The notes beneath the pieces were generated by a model. The model saw only the letters and a list, made by a program, of their open reading frames with translations, was not told the origin of the DNA and did not search any database. A stretch of DNA of 60,239 bases, filler included, from Xylographa opegraphella (lineage: Eukaryota): the NCBI GenBank assembly GCA_022813865.1. It is 2 parts of 2 records of this genome, joined end to end, with 100 filler letters (N's around TTAATTAATTAA, not from the genome) between each part and the next. Parts side by side here need not be neighbours in the genome. Positions count along the whole stretch, not along the records: positions 1 to 30,368 come from JALDZX010000119.1; positions 30,469 to 60,239 come from JALDZX010000120.1. One strand, written 5' to 3'. Made by a program: the position numbers and the translations under genes. Shown here piece by piece: positions 24,741-39,000 of the stretch. How positions within the stretch are numbered: the first letter of the stretch is position 1; each line of letters opens with the position of its first letter.

Positions 24741-27700
24741 GAATATAATGTAAATCTATTAATAAAATATAATCACAGATAAAATGTAAATTAATAAATA
24801 TTCGTTAAATTTTAAATAATTATTTATCAAACAAAGGCCTCGGGATGAAAAAGTGTTTTTTATAAAAAAAATTCATTAGCGCCGATGCGTTTTACTGAAT
24901 AATTTTTACTAATTCGATAATTATATTTTTATAACTTTATTATTTATAAACATATTTATATTTGCGCTTTATATATTTTGAGTGTATTATTTCTTTTATT
25001 ATAAATTTTTAATATAGTTCGTTTTTATTTACTATTTCGATAAAAAATAAAATAATTGAGGCTCGCGTGTTTGCTTCTCGCATTTTAAAAATTTTTATAT
25101 ATTAAATATTATAAATTCTATACGCATTAAAACGATTTAATTTATAAATTTATTTTTCAATGCGTTTTATAAATTGAAATAGTTCGAAATATTAATCGTT
25201 GAATTTTTTTAATAAACGTATTATTCGAATATTCGTATTTCGCAGAAAAATTAAATCGTTTTCTTGAAATTTCATCGAAAATTAATATTTATTGTAATAT
25301 TTGGCTTAAATTTTCTGTACGATTTTAATTATATATTTTAACCTTTTTTATATATTTTTAATATTTTTCGTATATATTAAAACGTTTATTAATATTTCAG
25401 TAATTTTAACGTTTACAATTGTTTATAATCGCCAATATTTTCCTTTTTTTATTTAAAAAAACGATACTTCTGTAAATATATTAATATTAATATTATATAT
25501 ATATTTAACTAGTGGTAAATAATTAATTTAATTATTCTGATTTTAATTAATAAAAGCCGGTAGATATTGTTTCACAATTTAATTATATTTTTTACTTTGT
25601 TTATCGAATTTAAGAATAATATATCGTTGTCAATCTGAACTTGATTTTTATGGCTTTAAACAGTATTTTACAAAATTTTAGTACAAACAAAATTTCTCTG
25701 TCGCTTACAATTGATTTTAATATTATATAATATTAAAAAATTTCCTTAATCATTAAATATTTGAATTAAGCAGCGTTTATTTGAATATAATATTGAATAA
25801 AATAGGTAATTTTGATTAATTTATCAATTATTGTTATAATCGAATTATATTTCGACTTATCATTTTTATTAACTAAAAGTATAAAGCGTAAAAGTTTATA
25901 ATTATATTAACAAAGATACTGTCCCAAGAATAATTAAAAATAAATAATAATTGCAATTCTTTGTTTAAAATTACATAAACACCTTTGTTTTTTAACATAT
26001 ATCGCATATTCTAACGGAATTCCGAATAAAGTTCTTAAATTCAAGCCAGTAATAATATTTATTAATAAAATAAAATATTTTCGCTGTTTCGAAATATTTC
26101 GTCAACGAGGTATTATAAGAATTTTTTTAAACGTGTTTTTTATAATATAAATAAAACATAAAATTCGTTGTATTCGAAGAATAATAGGCCGTCGGTAATA
26201 ATAAAGTTTAAATATACCGTCGATATTATAATTACGAATTAAAACGTATTGTTTTTTAATAGTAGCTATTTAATTTAAAGCAATAAATTAATTTGAATAT
26301 CATTGAGTACCGCGATTAGATATTCTTTAACGTTTTCTATTATCGTCGATTCGCGATTAAAGAATTTTTTTAAAAAGATTTAAAAAAAATCTTTGCGTAA
26401 ACAAGTTATAATATAGATTTCTTTTAATTTAAAATTATTTATATAACTTACGCGTCTTAAGAACACGTTAGCTAAATTTGATCTTTTAAATACGTATAAA
26501 ATAACGAGGTCGAAATTAATAAAGTATTTTATTTATTGCGTTTAACATCGCGATAAATTTATTATAATATTAAATATTTGCAGATTATTATTATCATTAT
26601 ATATTATATTTCTTTACGACCTCGAGGTAATGTTTTCAAGCTTTAAAATCGCGATAATAAGTAAAAATTTATTATTTTCTGTAGTATAATTTAGCTCGAG
26701 AACGATCAATTTCCTTAAATAAAACGCCCGATAAATATTAATAAATATTCTTTCTTTAAAAAATTTCCACGATTGCGAAAGCGCTTACGTCGTAATATGT
26801 AAAACGTCGTTTTTTCGATAAAAAATATTTAAATAAAAATGCTTTCAAAAAATGTCGATTTTAGCTTTTCGAATATTAATACTGTTGCTATAATTATGGC
26901 GAAAACAATAAATGCTTTCTTTCCTGTCAGATTTGTTATAGCTATAATTATTTTGTTATAATAAAAAATAAAGCGTCGATAGAAATTCGTAAAATCGAGG
27001 AAAGCTTGAACGTTTTTAAAATATTTTGATACAAATTAATTTAATATTATAATAATTCGAGATAGATCCATGTATATGTTCAACAAAAATTATAAATTTT
27101 AAGAAATCGATGAATTCAACGCTAAATAAACATTTTAAAAAAAATTTACGCAATAAATTTAGTACTTCTTTTACGTTTTTTACGTAATTTACAAAATCGT
27201 TCAATAATATCAAAATACCGTCAAGGTACGTAATTGTACTTTTGTTGATTATTAAGCGTAAAATAGTATTAGTATATAATTAAAATATCTCAAGGGCATT
27301 ATTAAACTGGAAAAATATAATATAATGTTCAAAATTCTCGTATCGTATTTGGAACGTCGTTATTTACTCCCGGCCATATTGAATTCGAATTAAATTAAAC
27401 ATTGTCGTTGAATTTAACCGTATAAAACGCCGGGCTTTTAATAGTCGATCCATTGATGTAAAAATCAATAAAAAAGGGTATTTATTTTTTATTGTAAATG
27501 CATTTAGACTAAGAAAATCCATATATAATTTTAAAAAATAATTATTTTCTTTTACAAAAAAAATAAGCGCGCCTGTTAAATTTATAAAATTTTTAATAAG
27601 TTTTAACGCCAAATTTGTATTTATAAAATTTTTTAACGTTTTAAACTTTAATTTAAAGAGGCTGTTTAAAAAATCGGAAGAAAATATGCTGTTTGGCAGA

Positions 27701-28392
27701 AAATTGAATCTATAAATTAACTCCAGGGCGATATTTAAATAATATAGTTATTTTGGATTTACTAAAAACGTTTATAAAATTTATATATTCCTTGGGAAAT
27801 ACGGGTGGCTTGATATTTAATTTTATAATTTAAATTATTATTATAATATCGTTAGATTTTCAGGTGCGTAGTGCGATATTTGCGTTTATAAATAAGATTA
27901 ATAAAAAAGTTTTTTTATAATAAAATACTTCGAGTTTTCCAACCGATATTTAAATTATTTCTATAAGTTACGACAGTTCCAAAATCATATTGTATTTTGA
28001 ATCAAATTATTACTCGAAAAAGCTATTCGTATTTGATTGTACCAAGTTTATTAGTAATAAAATAATAATTCTTTATAAATTTCGATTTTAAAATTTATTG
28101 ATGTATTTTTAATATTAAAAAAAGCTGTCAAGTATATAAACTTTAAAATTTATATAATGATTTATATACGGAGAACGAAATTTGCTATTACGTCGCAGTT
28201 AATTAAATGATTTAATATACTATTTTATGCATAAATTTAACTAATAAAATAATACGAATTAACCAAAATCGTTAGATATAAATTATTTGAAATCGAGCAC
28301 GTATTTCTTTACGATATTTTTATTTCCGCGGCGAAGCGTTTCTCGCAGTAAAATCGTTTCATTTTATATTGTAATTATTAATATAGTACTCG

Positions 28393-28472
28393 ATAAAATT
28401 ATAAAAATTATAAAAATTATAAAAATTATAAAAATTATAAAAATTATAAAAATTATAAAAATTATAAAAATT
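28393..28472. repeat. 9-bp minisatellite (ATAAAAATT)n
   Basis: About 8-9 near-perfect units inside element E; absent from the homologous segment at ~47950-48000. Confidence 0.9.
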
Positions 28473-30468
28473 AATGATCACGTTCTTTATTTGTCAGGCT
28501 TTCTCGCTTAAAACGGTTATTCGCCTAATAAAATAATGTTAATATTTAAAATGTTTTTAAACGTATTTTTTTACTTTTTCGCGTTTACGTATTATTTATT
28601 TTTCGTTAAACGCATTCTTTGCTAGCGTTATATTAATTTTTGCTTAAAATACGATTTATTTAAAGGCGGCGTATTTCTACGATAATTTAAAAAAGTAGCC
28701 GATAACGATATAATTTATTATTTTACTCCATAGTTTTAATTTCAAAATAGTACAAAAGGCTTGATCGTTTTATATTATATCGGTGAAAAATTCTTCAAGA
28801 TTGTTAATATACTCCCGAATTAGTTAATTTAAATTGCAAATAAATTATAATATTAAAATTTTCGCTATTATACCTGTATTGATATTTCTATGGTATTTCT
28901 TTGTTTAAATCTTGAAATAGTATTATAAAATAATTGCGAAATAAATTTTTTTTATTTTAGTAAATTGCTATTATTATTTTATTATCGATTGGTTTTTTAA
29001 AATTTTTAAAAGCATATAAAACTCGAGTTTTATTTAAATAAAAAGTATATAAATCTCGTTCGAAGTTATTTTCTATATTTATTGATTAGAATCTCGAATC
29101 TTTAATTTTATTATAAATTAAAGGCTATTTAAACGGAATTTTAAAAATATCGTAATTTTCTTATTTACTGTACATTAATAGTAATTTAAAAGTTTATATC
29201 CGCGAGGTGGCCGTAAAATTAAACGAAACTTTAAATGATTTTTTATTTTGCTATAATAATACTTTAGTAATTTTGGCTTCGATGTTTATAATTTAATTTT
29301 AAAATTTTTTAAAGGCTGTCGCGAAAATATTCGTAAATTTTTTTTAGATATATTGCGCAGTTGTACTTCGTTATTTGATATGTATTTTTAAATTTTTTTA
29401 ATTATATAATAAATTATGCCCCGGGTTGAGTTCGATTCGAGTTAATTTCGTAAAGCGCGAATTCTCGAGTACGTATTAATAATGCATATTTTAATAAAGA
29501 TAGTTAATCATCGGGGTTCGATAATATAAATTTATAAATATAAAACGATCGTGTATAAATACGTAATATAAATAAACGATTTTTTATAATGAAATTTCGA
29601 TTAAATTTATTAAGTAAAGTTTATCAGATTTATATACGTAATTCGGGTAAACAATTATTTTATATTATTTCAAGAGCGTTTAATTCGTCGCTATTAAATA
29701 TAGTCGTAGTATTTCGAGCGATTTTTTTAATATAATTATTTTGTCTGGGAAAATTGTTTTATATTATATCAATCTTGTCGTTAATTATAAAATCTGATAT
29801 AATTATTTTATTTACGTTTATTTAAAAAATAGTAGCAGTCTGGGTACGTATTGAAAATAGTATTATACAGGGTAAGCGTAATCGAAGAAAAAAGGCGAAC
29901 GAAAAAAAATGAAAAAAAATACGCTTGCTTGGTCGATTGATTATGATAAAATATTTTAATATATAAAATACAAGATTTTGGGCTCGAGTTATGATACGTA
30001 TTTAGTTACCAAGCTAAAATTAAGGAGAGAAACGTTCAGGACCGTAGATTTTAAAATTATGTATATATTGAGCTTTTTAAATGGGAAGCCACGCCCAGAA
30101 TGCGGGCAGCCAGAAGCCACGCTCAGAATACAGGCCGACAGGCAAACAGGCAGGCAGGCCGGCAGGTCGAACGCCACTCTGAACTTTGCTCCTTACATTT
30201 TTAGTATGAGGAGGAAGTATAACGTTTTTTAAAATATTTTTTTTTGATTCTTTGATTAATATAAAACGTAATAATTATATTAATAATTATATTTTTATAA
30301 TTGTTAATTGTTGAAAGGTACGATGGGTACTGAAGCGCAGTGGTCATTCTAGCAGAATATATGGGTAANNNNNNNNNNNNNNNNNNNNNNNNNNNNNNNN
30401 NNNNNNNNNNNNTTAATTAATTAANNNNNNNNNNNNNNNNNNNNNNNNNNNNNNNNNNNNNNNNNNNN

Positions 30469-30527
<59 letters not shown>

Positions 30528-30583
30528 ATCGACAAATAAATAAATCGATAAATTGAACGCCACTTTGAATTCTGTATTTTACA
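30469..30583 (-). repeat. Family E LTR fragment with (TAAA)n microsatellite, next to N gaps
   Basis: (TAAA)n runs into GAACGCCACTTTGAATTCTGTATTTTACA, which is the E LTR end. Confidence 0.8.
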
Positions 30584-31920
30584 CGTGTCGAGATTAATAA
30601 ATAATTTTCAAAAAAACGATAAAAAATATTTTGCCTTGAATATATATATATATATGTATATTTTACTGCGCATGATTTTTGAGACAAAAACCCTCTATTA
30701 TAATTAATATTTATTGTAATTATTTGATTCTTTACATAAAGAAGTTTAATTCGAATTTAATTCGAATTTGTATTTTTGCTTTATGTATAATAAAATTTTA
30801 ACCTTTATTTTATAAATGTTGTAAACTTGTAAGTTTTTGATATAATTTTACAGCTTTTGAATATTATACTTTTTATATATTCCGATCCGATATATTACGT
30901 TTTCACGAGTATAATTATAATATTAATACAAACGATAAATTTTTTTGATTGTGAAAATATATTACGAATTTTGACTTTTGATTTAAAATTAATTCAATCT
31001 TAAATTTTTTTACTTTATCTATATATTTCAACGAGTTATTATTCAATAAAATCTTTTTTATAATTATTATTCAACCTTTTCAAATTATTATAACGATTGT
31101 TGCAGCGTAGTTACCTTAAGAATAAAAAAATCAAATTCAACTTCGATCGTTAATGAGCAGATTGTTCCGCTCCGGGGTGTAATTTATTTCCTATTCAAGT
31201 TTAGCTCCAGGGGGGTTTGGCTTCTCATCACGCTGCTGTGAAATACAAGACTTTGAACTCGAGATGCAAAACGTATTTGATATATCAAGCTGAAATTAAA
31301 GAGTACAGTTCAAAATCGCAAATTTTGATTATATACATATTAAACTTCCTAAATAAGAAGCGACGCCCAAAATGCGAGCAGGCAGAAATCTCGCTTATTA
31401 AAATATAAACAAACAGGCAGATCGGCAGATCACACCCCACTTAAATCGATCAATCGAACGTTATTTTAAACTTTATATTTTATAGTATTTCCCCCCTTTT
31501 TTATACTTTCTGGCCTTAAAAAGATTTAAACTTGCTAATACAAGCGAAAGGTAAAAAATTTATAAATATAACGTATAAAATAAATACAAATATAATATAA
31601 AATTTCGCGAATACAAACGAAATTTAAAATAATAAATGTAATACGAACATAATATGACCCTATTAATGAAATATGAATATAAACCAAATATGCGTTTAAT
31701 AAATTATATAAAACTTTAGATAATTATTTATTAAGCAGTGGGCCGGGGGTAAAAAAGTATTTTTTATTAAAAGATTTTATCAGCGCCAATGCGTTTTATT
31801 TAATTATTTTCGCTGGCTCAATAATCGTATTTTTATAATTTCATTATTTATAAATATATTTAAAACTTCGTTTTATATATTTTAATTATATTATTTTTTC
31901 GATAATAAATTTTTAATATA

Positions 31921-34016
31921 ATTGTTTTAGCTATAAACCACAGGTTTTTGCTGCAAATTTCTGCTGTAATTGCAGTTGCCCTGACTGCTTATTAAAGCTT
32001 CTGCCACATATAATTAATAAAAACTTTCTGCTTAATTAAAAAACCCTATATATATATAGATAAAGTTTTCGATTTTGTAAATGATTATTTTTGGCTATTT
32101 ATATAATTACCCGTTTTTAGTAATATTTAAAATATATAATAATGCTGGTTGTTTTATTAGCAAATAATTGATATATTATTTTATTAAATTTATTTACTAA
32201 TTCGAACGAATAGTTCGAATATTGATTTAATTTTGAATTTTATTATTTTAATTAATTATATAAATTCTGGCTTATTTTTTTAACTAGCTGCTTTAAATCC
32301 TGATTTGTTTTATTTTATTTTTATATTATTTATTAAATTTCTGGGTATAAAACTCGGGAATTAACCAATTATTTAAATTTTTTCGTATTTTTTATTGATT
32401 TTACCCATTTATTTATTCTTCTGCGTTATTTATTAATTTTTTTAGATGTAAACAAAAGAAATTATTTTAATTATTTTATTCGCCAGTATTCAAATATACG
32501 TAAACGTTTTATTTTAATTGAATTAAAAACGTTAACTCAACGTTTTTATTATCGTCTTTTTATAATAAAATTTATATATTAATTAAATTCGTATTTATCG
32601 AGATCGAAAATAAATCTCTACTCGATTTAAATTAAAATTGAAACTTTTCGAAGTTTAATACGTATTTGGCGAAATATTCTGAAACTATTAAAATCTAATT
32701 GCTAAAAGTTTAATAAATTAGGAATATTTCGCTGAAAATTTTTTTATTTTTAAATAAATAATTAATAAAAGTCGCAGTAATTTATTAAGCTTTGAAATTT
32801 TTCGATCATATTTTTATAAATTTTCCAGAGATCGATTAAACGTTTAAAATCGAAATATGTTATAAATAGTTTACAAAAAATAATAATACTTTTTTTAATC
32901 AATAACGAAGCAATATCTTCGATTATTTTATTGATTACGTATTTAATTCTCGTAGAAAAACCCAAAATAAATTTAATAGTTCTATTTAAACAATTTTTAA
33001 AAAGGTTTATCAATCGATAGTCCCGTTTTAAAATTAATAAACGTTTTAATCTTCGAAACAACCACCTTTATTTAGTTCAAATAAAAATGATCGTTTTATA
33101 ACATCGATTTAAAATCAGCGTTTTACGGTATTTTTTAAAATTAATAAATATGTTAATTTTACTTAAAACCTTTAATAATATTCAACTTAAATTAATATAC
33201 GAATTTTATTTATAAGTAATTTATCGGTATCGTTAATCTTATAGGAATTTTAACCATGGCAAATCTTGTATAAAAATAAATATATTAATTATTAATATCT
33301 GCCGCTAAATATTCTAAAATAGAAAAATCAATCAGTTTAAATTTAACAATAATACCTTATTTATTAAAATTAGCGATAAAAATAATTTATTATAATATAT
33401 AAAACTTTATCTGGCGTTTTCCAATAAAATCTTTTTAAAAAGTATTAAATAAATTAAAATCTAATTTTAATACTTCCTTGCTAGGCAAAATTTGTAAATA
33501 ATATATTAGATAATTAAATAATCTTTTTCGTTTAAATTTGTACAACGATTTAAATAATATAAAAATCTAGTGTAAAACTGAAAAAAATATGTTTCGAAAA
33601 GCTTTTGGTATTTTATTATTTTAATTAAAAAAAATTGTACTATATAATTAAAAGTGCAAAAAATCGATTTTTATAAAATACTGCCAGTTAATAGTAATTT
33701 ATAGCAAGAATATAAATATTATTATAATAAATTATATTTAAACCCTATTGACTTTTTAATATTTAAATAGTACTTTAAAAATAATATTTTTTGTTCTAAT
33801 ATTTACAACTACTATAAGTAAATTTATTGAATATATTATAATTTGAAAATACAATTAGTTTGATATATTATATATATAAATAAATTCGAACATTGAAAAA
33901 ATAAATAAAAAATATACGATAATCGTAGTTTTTTTTATTTTAAAGGTTTTTTTTATTTTAATGTTTCTTTTTTTAAGCGAATTATCGAAATTTTTGATAT
34001 CGATTTCCTAAATATA
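31921..34016. mobile_element. Unclassified repeat family D, copy 1
   Basis: Colinear with 53015-55017 and 58964-59580; shared anchor AAATTTCTGGGTAYAAAA. Confidence 0.75.
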
Positions 34017-34960
34017 TGATAAGGTTCTGATCAATGTTGTGTGGAACAAGGGTCGGGGGAATTTTATTCCGGATGCCTCCTCTGCCTCCTCAGGAGGCAT
34101 GGGGGGCATGGCCCCTTTGCCTCAATGGCCTTCTCGGGAGGCATGGAAGACATTTTAAAGCAGGACTTTATATGAAATAAAGGATTTCCTTTATTGTAAA
34201 AGGTATGTTAAACTTATATTATAGTCTTAAAATAGTAGACTTTAATATAATTATTATACAAAAATTATTACTTTTAAAAAACAATTAATCTATTACTTTA
34301 TTCTTCTAATTTTTTTTATTAACGAATTCAATTTAAATCCCTAATTGAATTATACTAATAAAAAGCAGAATCGTAACAATTTAAACATTTTTAAAATAAG
34401 TATATTAAAAATACGATTAAATCCAACCGCAAGCGGTATAAAAAATAATAAAGAAATACTATAAAAAGTAATCGCGTCAAGGTAAAAAAACTCGATAAAT
34501 ATAAAGAAAATAGGGACTATTCAAAGAAATGGCTTATATAAATAAACATATTCTTCGGGTTTCAGGGAAATAGTGTTTTAGAATTAAAAAAATTACTTTT
34601 CGTTATTACGTATATGCGAGAACAAGCTCAGGAATAAATCGCTTTTTATTTCTTGAAATATTTCAAGGATTCTGACGACAAAAACTCTAAATATTTAAAA
34701 AGCTTTGCGACATTTAAAACTAAAATTATAAGAATTTTCGAATGATTAAATCAAAAGAATACAGCAATACAAATCATATAGCATTTTAAACAAGAAGAAT
34801 TTTATATAAAATACTCGACTCGATTTTAAAAGTTTGCTACTTAAATTAAACAAACTGGCGACGTTTTAATAATAATATATCGCAGGGGATTTAAAAATTT
34901 TACAAAATCCGCGATAAATACGCGTGAAATAAATAAATATATAAAAATATAAGATACTTA
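34017..34960 (+). mobile_element. Gypsy family C 5' LTR (34017-34378) plus gag fragment
   Basis: Imperfect inverted termini TGATAAGGTTCTG...CAGAATCGTAACA; gag-like KVKK(P)DKY.G.RD...WL at ~34475-34540. Confidence 0.75.
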
Positions 34961-34989
34961 AAAATAATAGAGTTTAAATCCTTTATCAA

Positions 34990-36060
34990 ATAGTTAAAGA
35001 TCTAATGTACTTTGTCGACGTTAAGCAGCGTTTTCGCCTTTATATCTTTTAATTCGTTTATATTAATTAAAACTATTAAAAATACGATCGTATATATTAA
35101 AAATTAATCGAAAACTTATATATTTTTAATATAACCAAAAAGCTGTATATATATTTTTGATATTATTTATAATATTAATTATATTAAATACTTTGATATA
35201 AATCTTATAGTTTATTATAATTTATTTTTAGCTCCTTTAAGGCAATTTATATAATAATAATTGATTTTATATCAACTTTACCAAAGTTATTCTTAAATAA
35301 ATATAATTACGTTATAATAATTGTTTACAAGTTTAATAAAGTTATTATATTTATTTTTAACAAAATAAATATTAAAAGCAAGGTGTAAATTAAAACTTTA
35401 TTAAATTAATTATATTTACTATACTAAAAGTGTTTAAAGTTATTCTTTTCAATAAAAATTAAAGATTTATAATATAATTATAAAGAAATTTTCGAAGCTT
35501 TAAAAGTAAATTTATTTTATAATATATTTTATTATTCATAAACGAACGGGCAGTTCAAACGTTTAAATTAAACCGTGGAAATTATACTACGATATTGTAT
35601 AATCATAATATTTATACACTTTTGTGACATCGATTTTAGTCGACCCATCGAGGAATTTGTTTCATGATTATGTAAACAGAATCCTTTAGGGAAAAAACCA
35701 TCCTTGTGACGATTATGACATCAGTCACAAGTAATAGGGGTCGGCTTGGATCAGGACTAGCACCTTAAGTATATAGTCTTGCCCATGAAGTAGTCTCATC
35801 GCTTCTCCATTTTAATCTAGGTTGAAATCGTCCATTTAAAGCTTACATTTTAGGCGTGCTTGTGTAGTAAGTTGATGAGCCGTGACATTCCTTTTACTTT
35901 ATAAATATATATTTATCGTCGCGATTGCGTTATTTTATATATTTATATTAATTTATTCAATCATTTCGTCGCTTTCATTAAATTTTTTTTATTATTAAAA
36001 ACTATTTTAGCAATTGCGTATATATTAATATTTTAACCGTCGCTTAAAACTTTATAGTAA
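34990..36060 (+). mobile_element. Gypsy integrase fragment
   Basis: De-RIP IDFISALP (~35260) and HPQTDGQSERLNQTVEI (~35530-35583). Confidence 0.75.
35705..35887 (+). mobile_element. Solo-LTR family A (183 bp)
   Basis: TGTGAC...GTGACA termini; TSD ATCCT/TTCCT (4/5). An uninterrupted paralogous empty site lies at ~48250-48300 in inverted orientation. Confidence 0.9.
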
Positions 36061-39000
36061 AATCCAGTTAACTTTTAATAATTTAAAGATTTAATAATAT
36101 TTAAATTGTTTTTATACGTTTTTTAGCGCCATTTAAATTTTATACTATATTAATACGTATCGAGCTATTTATAGCTAATTATAACCTTTTATTTTATATT
36201 ATAATTTGGGGTTAAAAACCTTTTTCAACGATATTTTTATTTTTAAACTAATCTTTATTTTAATATACATCGTTAACGTATTCTATATTTTACAAGATTC
36301 GTCTTTAAATTTCGTTGTTTTTTCGTTAAAAAAGCATCGCTGCGTTAATATTCTGCCCGTTTTTTTAAATAATTTATTTCTTTTTTATTTTATTCGCTTT
36401 AATAAACGATTACTATAATTTTTTTAAATAACGTTATATATACGTTTCTCACGTTTCACAATATAGTAGTACCTTTAGTAATTATTTTTTAGAATCTATT
36501 ATTTTTTTTTGCTCGAGATTGTATATTATAATTACATTTTAATTTTAGTTTTAATTTTATCGCAAATTTTTTTTATTTTCTGCGTTTTATTTATATTTCG
36601 CATACGTAAAGTCGCGTAATTTTAAATTTTATCAAAATATAATTTAATTAAAGATAGGAATATCTTTATTTATAATATTTTTAATTAATTTATATTTCGC
36701 AGCCCTTGGTTTTAAAAAATTTTGAGCCACTTTTTTATTTTTATTAATTTTTTTCGTATTGTCTCGCCTGTGCTATATCGTCGTTTTATATATAATAACC
36801 GATTTAACTATTATATTATATATTAATGTTACTTTTACGAAAGTCGTTTTTTAAACAAAATAATTTAATTTTAATATTATTAATGTTTATACCGCGTTCT
36901 TAATCTTTTTGATTTATAAATACACGTTTTATTTTAGTTTCATATTAATCTAAACGTTTTAAATTTTAAAAAATTTCAAAATTAATAATGGCCTCCACCG
37001 TTTGTAACGTCGCTGCCATATTAAACTTTTTGAAAATACGTAAAAAATAAATAAATAAATATTTTTCAAACGCGAAAGCGGCGCCGTATTTATTTATTGA
37101 CGTCGTATATTTTTTATATATTTTAAAGAAAATTTTATAAATTTCTTTAATTAAGCGGTTGTAGGCAAGTATATTAACGTCGTTTATGGGTATTTATAAT
37201 TTAGTTTTTAAATTTAATTTATTATAATTATTAAATAAATTTATATTAAAAAATAAAAACAAAAATTATAAAATTGATAAGCTCTGTGAAACTTTAACGT
37301 TAACGTCGTTTATAGCGTTCGTTTATTTATTAAACGTTAAAAATAATTATTGATTTTTAAAAAGTTTATTTATTTACATTATTATATAACTAAAAATTCT
37401 TCGTTTACGCAAATTGTAGAATAATCGTTAATGAAATATATTATTAAAAATGTTATTAATATTTAAATTCAATACCGTCGCTAAGTAATCGTTGTTTTTA
37501 TTTTATATTATATAAATATACTTTATAGATACCTTTACACTATTCTAACTAATCGCTCGCGCCTCGCCTTTATTTAATAAAGGAAAAATGAATTATGCTT
37601 TTTTATTAAATCGCTAATTTTTATTATAATAATTAATTGGAAAGCTTTTTTTATTATATTAAAAAAAGCGATAAATTTTGAAATTTTAAATCTATAAATT
37701 CCTTTTTTCCCGATTTACGAAAGAATATGTAGTATTCGCCTTTTTATAGCGAAATACATAATACGCCTATTTAACCCATGCGTTAAATATATAGAACAAA
37801 ATTAATTTTAAAATTAAAAAATAATTTAAATTTTTCTATTAAAAATATTAAATACTCCCGGCGATTTATCGAGTTTCAATTTATATATAACTTTCGCTAT
37901 TTTGGTTAAAATAATTATAATATTGTACGAAAGTGTTCTCTGGTAACAATATTCGACAATATTTATTAAATTTACTTTAAAAAGGTCGGGAAATTTTTTT
38001 TATTATCGCTATTTTTTATTAGATCATTACGCTACCCCTTCGTTTTTATCGTATTTAAATAAAATAAAATTATAAATTTCTTTTAAATATATATTTTTCC
38101 TTATTTTATGTATTTCGTTAATTTTTAAATTTTTTACTGCGCGCTACTTAACTCGTGTATTTATTATTTTAATTGAATTAATTTTGTTATTATTATTATT
38201 TTATTCTTTACGTCGATTTTTATTGAATACGTTTTTTACTTTTTTCGTATAAATATTATTTTTGATTATTGAATCGTCGTTTCGGCAGCGCTACTAGGTT
38301 ATTGTGTTTATAAAATTAAAATACTTTTAGTAAGTTTAAATAGCCCAGCCTTGTCGATTTCATTTATAAAATTATTAATTTAATCGGGTTTTAAATCGCT
38401 TTTTTGCAATTTTATTCCCTAATTTTTAATATTTTTGATTATAATTAAAGTTTTGAAAGCTTTGACGAGGTTTGCAGTCTTTTATTAAAAAATCTTTAAA
38501 AGCTTGTTTAAAGTAATTTTTTCCAAAACCTTTAATATATTATCGCGGCGCTGATTATAGGTAAATTTATTTTTATTAAAATTATTAAACAATTTAGATT
38601 ATAATTTAAATTTTTTTAAACTTAATATTTCATTATTTTTAATAAACTATTCGTTCTTAAATATTAAATTAATCGTCATTTTTTACTAATTTACTCGTTT
38701 TACAATTAACTTTAATAAAAATAATAATTAAAGTTTTCTCGTCGTAACGATACTTATAAGTTAAATGAATATATTATGATTATTTAAATATCTCGATCCC
38801 CCCAAATATAAATAATATAATTTTTTTATATTATAATATATTTCCTTTTTTACTATAATTTAATACTTAATTTAAGCAGGTTTTGAGGCCCTTTTATATA
38901 TATTATATGAATATATGGTATATTTTAATCCAGCGTTAATTTAAATAAGAATTTTAATATTATAATAATTATTTTTTACCGCGTTTACGTCTTATATATT

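Larger units (their letters stand above)
24234..30197 (-). mobile_element. Full-length Gypsy/chromovirus family E (LTRs 24234-24441 and 29964-30197)
   Basis: Paired LTRs. PPT (reverse complement of TATCCTCCCCCTTTC) next to the 3' LTR. RT relic ORF 27364-27612 and YLDG at ~27220. Chromodomain-like end at ~24850. TSD not matched. Confidence 0.88.

Noticed and set aside
35705..35887. Hammerhead ribozyme/retrozyme in family A (TGATGAG and GAAA words, hairpins)
   Set aside because: The core motifs are not in the required order or stem context; there is no CUGANGA-stem II-GAAA arrangement.
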